Shown here piece by piece: positions 33,790 through 35,024 of a DNA stretch of 35,024 bases. Source of the DNA: Zygnema circumcarinatum SAG 698-1b (Eukaryota > Plantae > Zygnematophyceae); NCBI GenBank assembly GCA_037447605.1, contig JBBHKD010000031.1:1-35024 (forward strand), written 5' to 3'. Every line of letters begins with the position of its first letter. The stretch's first letter is position 1. The notes under the pieces were generated by a model, which saw nothing but the letters and a program-made list of their open reading frames with translations, was not told where the DNA came from and did not search any database. The position numbers and the translations under genes were made by a program.

Positions 33790-35024
33790 GACCCACTAGG
33801 TTCTCCCAAAAGAAGAAGGCCGCAACGCGGCTCTGATACCAATGTAACGGCTGAGATCTGACTCTTCACCGCTGAAAACACTCGACCAAAGACTTCGAAG
33901 TTCCGCTTAGAGAGAGAGAGAGAGAGAGCAAGAGAGCCGTAGAGCTTCGAGAGTGGCACTCAAGTGGGTGCAAACCGGCGCGCCGGTACGTGCTTGGTTG
34001 GGTGACGACAAATACCCTCGCCCCTTTACGCTTCCCGCTGAACCTCCTAACAAAGATGGGAGGGATTGGAAGCAGTGGTCGTCCAATGGCGATCACACGT
34101 GTCCCTCTCCTCCCACCAAATGGGTCGAGGTGTACACGCGACGCACGTTGCCGCGATTCCGCTGGCGGAGCCAGCGACGCGCCGTGATAAGTCGCTAACG
34201 GCCGGGATCCCCATACAAGCGCTGGGTCCGACCGCGCCGGTTCGTACCAACGGGTAACCTTATTGTACCTGACGAACGGAGAAGTCCGTGGGGGGATCCG
34301 CCGCGCCTGAGATCCAACCGCGAGACCGGATTGGTCCCGTGGTGCCGTTAGTCCGTGATCCTCCTCTACGCTGAGAGGAGGGGACCTTGGCCGCTGACGT
34401 GGGGCCCATAGAGATTATGTGGCGGCCCCACGGGTGAACCAGTTCTTATGGTTCGAACCTAGGACCTCCGTCGTCCTATAGGGTATCCGATGCCCTAACC
34501 GTTAGGTATTGCATTGGATGGAAACATAAAGCCACGCCGGGCTCTAAGTAACCCTTCCCCCTTGGGGTGACTGTAGCGTTTCGCTACACACTTGCAGTCG
34601 AACCGTTGGAGGAACTCAGACCAGCGTGCCTGCCGCCTCGAAAGAGTTTGCTGCGTGGAGAGGAACGTCAGTGGACGGTGGTCCGTGACCAGCGTGACTG
34701 CCACCGCCCCCTCTAAATAGCAACGCCATGTCCTCAGGGCGTGAACCACAGCCAAGAGCTCTTGCTCTGTGGCGGATTAGTTTCGCTCAGCTGGGTTCAT
34801 TTTGCGACTTTCATAAGCAAGAGGTTGGTCGCCTGGGAACAAGACCCACCCGTGCTTAACCTTAGGCGTCACGCTGCACTCACCCCATACTCTGCAGCGG
34901 ATCACCAACCTCAACGTGAGGTGCCGGCATAAGCGCATGTCTCGCCACCATCAAAGGTCAAGTCAAGTATCTCCGTGTCCATTTATTAGGCTTACACCGA
35001 ACGGTCAAGTTGGTGTCGGAGTTA

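Larger units (their letters stand above)
28833..34588 (-). mobile_element. Full-length chromovirus D-a nested in H2 RNase H, CACTT TSD
   Basis: CACTT at 28828-28832 and 34589-34593; LTRs 28833-29585 and 33843-34588; PPT complement 29586-29597; PBS complement 33830-33841; gag ATG 33789; RT/PR lost in gap 31694-31703. Confidence 0.93.
21371..35024 (-). mobile_element. Chromovirus H2, host of two nested D elements; continues past the window end
   Basis: 3' LTR about 21371-22038, homologous to 16888-17547. Chromodomain-IN 22050-23090; IN resumes 27977-28832; RNase H resumes 34589-35024 (AVVHALRTWRCYLEG, TDHRPL, ARWSEFL). The LTR start position is approximate. Confidence 0.85.

Noticed and set aside
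1-35024. Host genes, CRISPR arrays, rRNA, env-like ORFs, or a C5 cytosine methyltransferase
   Set aside because: No supporting motifs: no regular repeat-spacer array, no hydrophobic 3' ORF in D/H, no PCQ/ENV motifs in the extra domain.

Overview
This 35 kb window is eukaryotic, probably green-plant lineage (TGGTATCAGAGC tRNA-iMet primer sites). It appears to be made almost entirely of LTR retrotransposons; I found no host gene. Left part (1-15050): plus-strand Ty1/copia pieces (two near-identical RT copies of family A; family B as an internally deleted derivative plus an RT-RNaseH-3'LTR end) and one minus-strand gypsy fragment. Right part (15051-35024): a nest, up to about five levels deep, of co-oriented minus-strand Ty3/gypsy chromoviruses (labelled here C, D, H) inserted into an older plus-strand gypsy remnant (E). 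Main observations: (1) a conserved ~140 aa extra domain between the Gag CCHC and the protease, in three copies, which by motif spacing resembles a Dam-like N6-adenine methyltransferase fold but has NVMG in place of NPPF; (2) a conserved G_GAA_AAC slippery site plus hairpin predicting -1 frameshifting into that domain; (3) D-type LTR insertions at the identical CACTT site in two diverged H host copies; (4) structured LTR ends (terminal hairpin, tRNA-like A/B box, GTAC clusters). Caveats: eight 10-N gaps join fragments that may not be contiguous, and several stretches look like uncorrected long-read sequence, so many frameshifts may be artefacts. Family letters are my labels. No searches were run.
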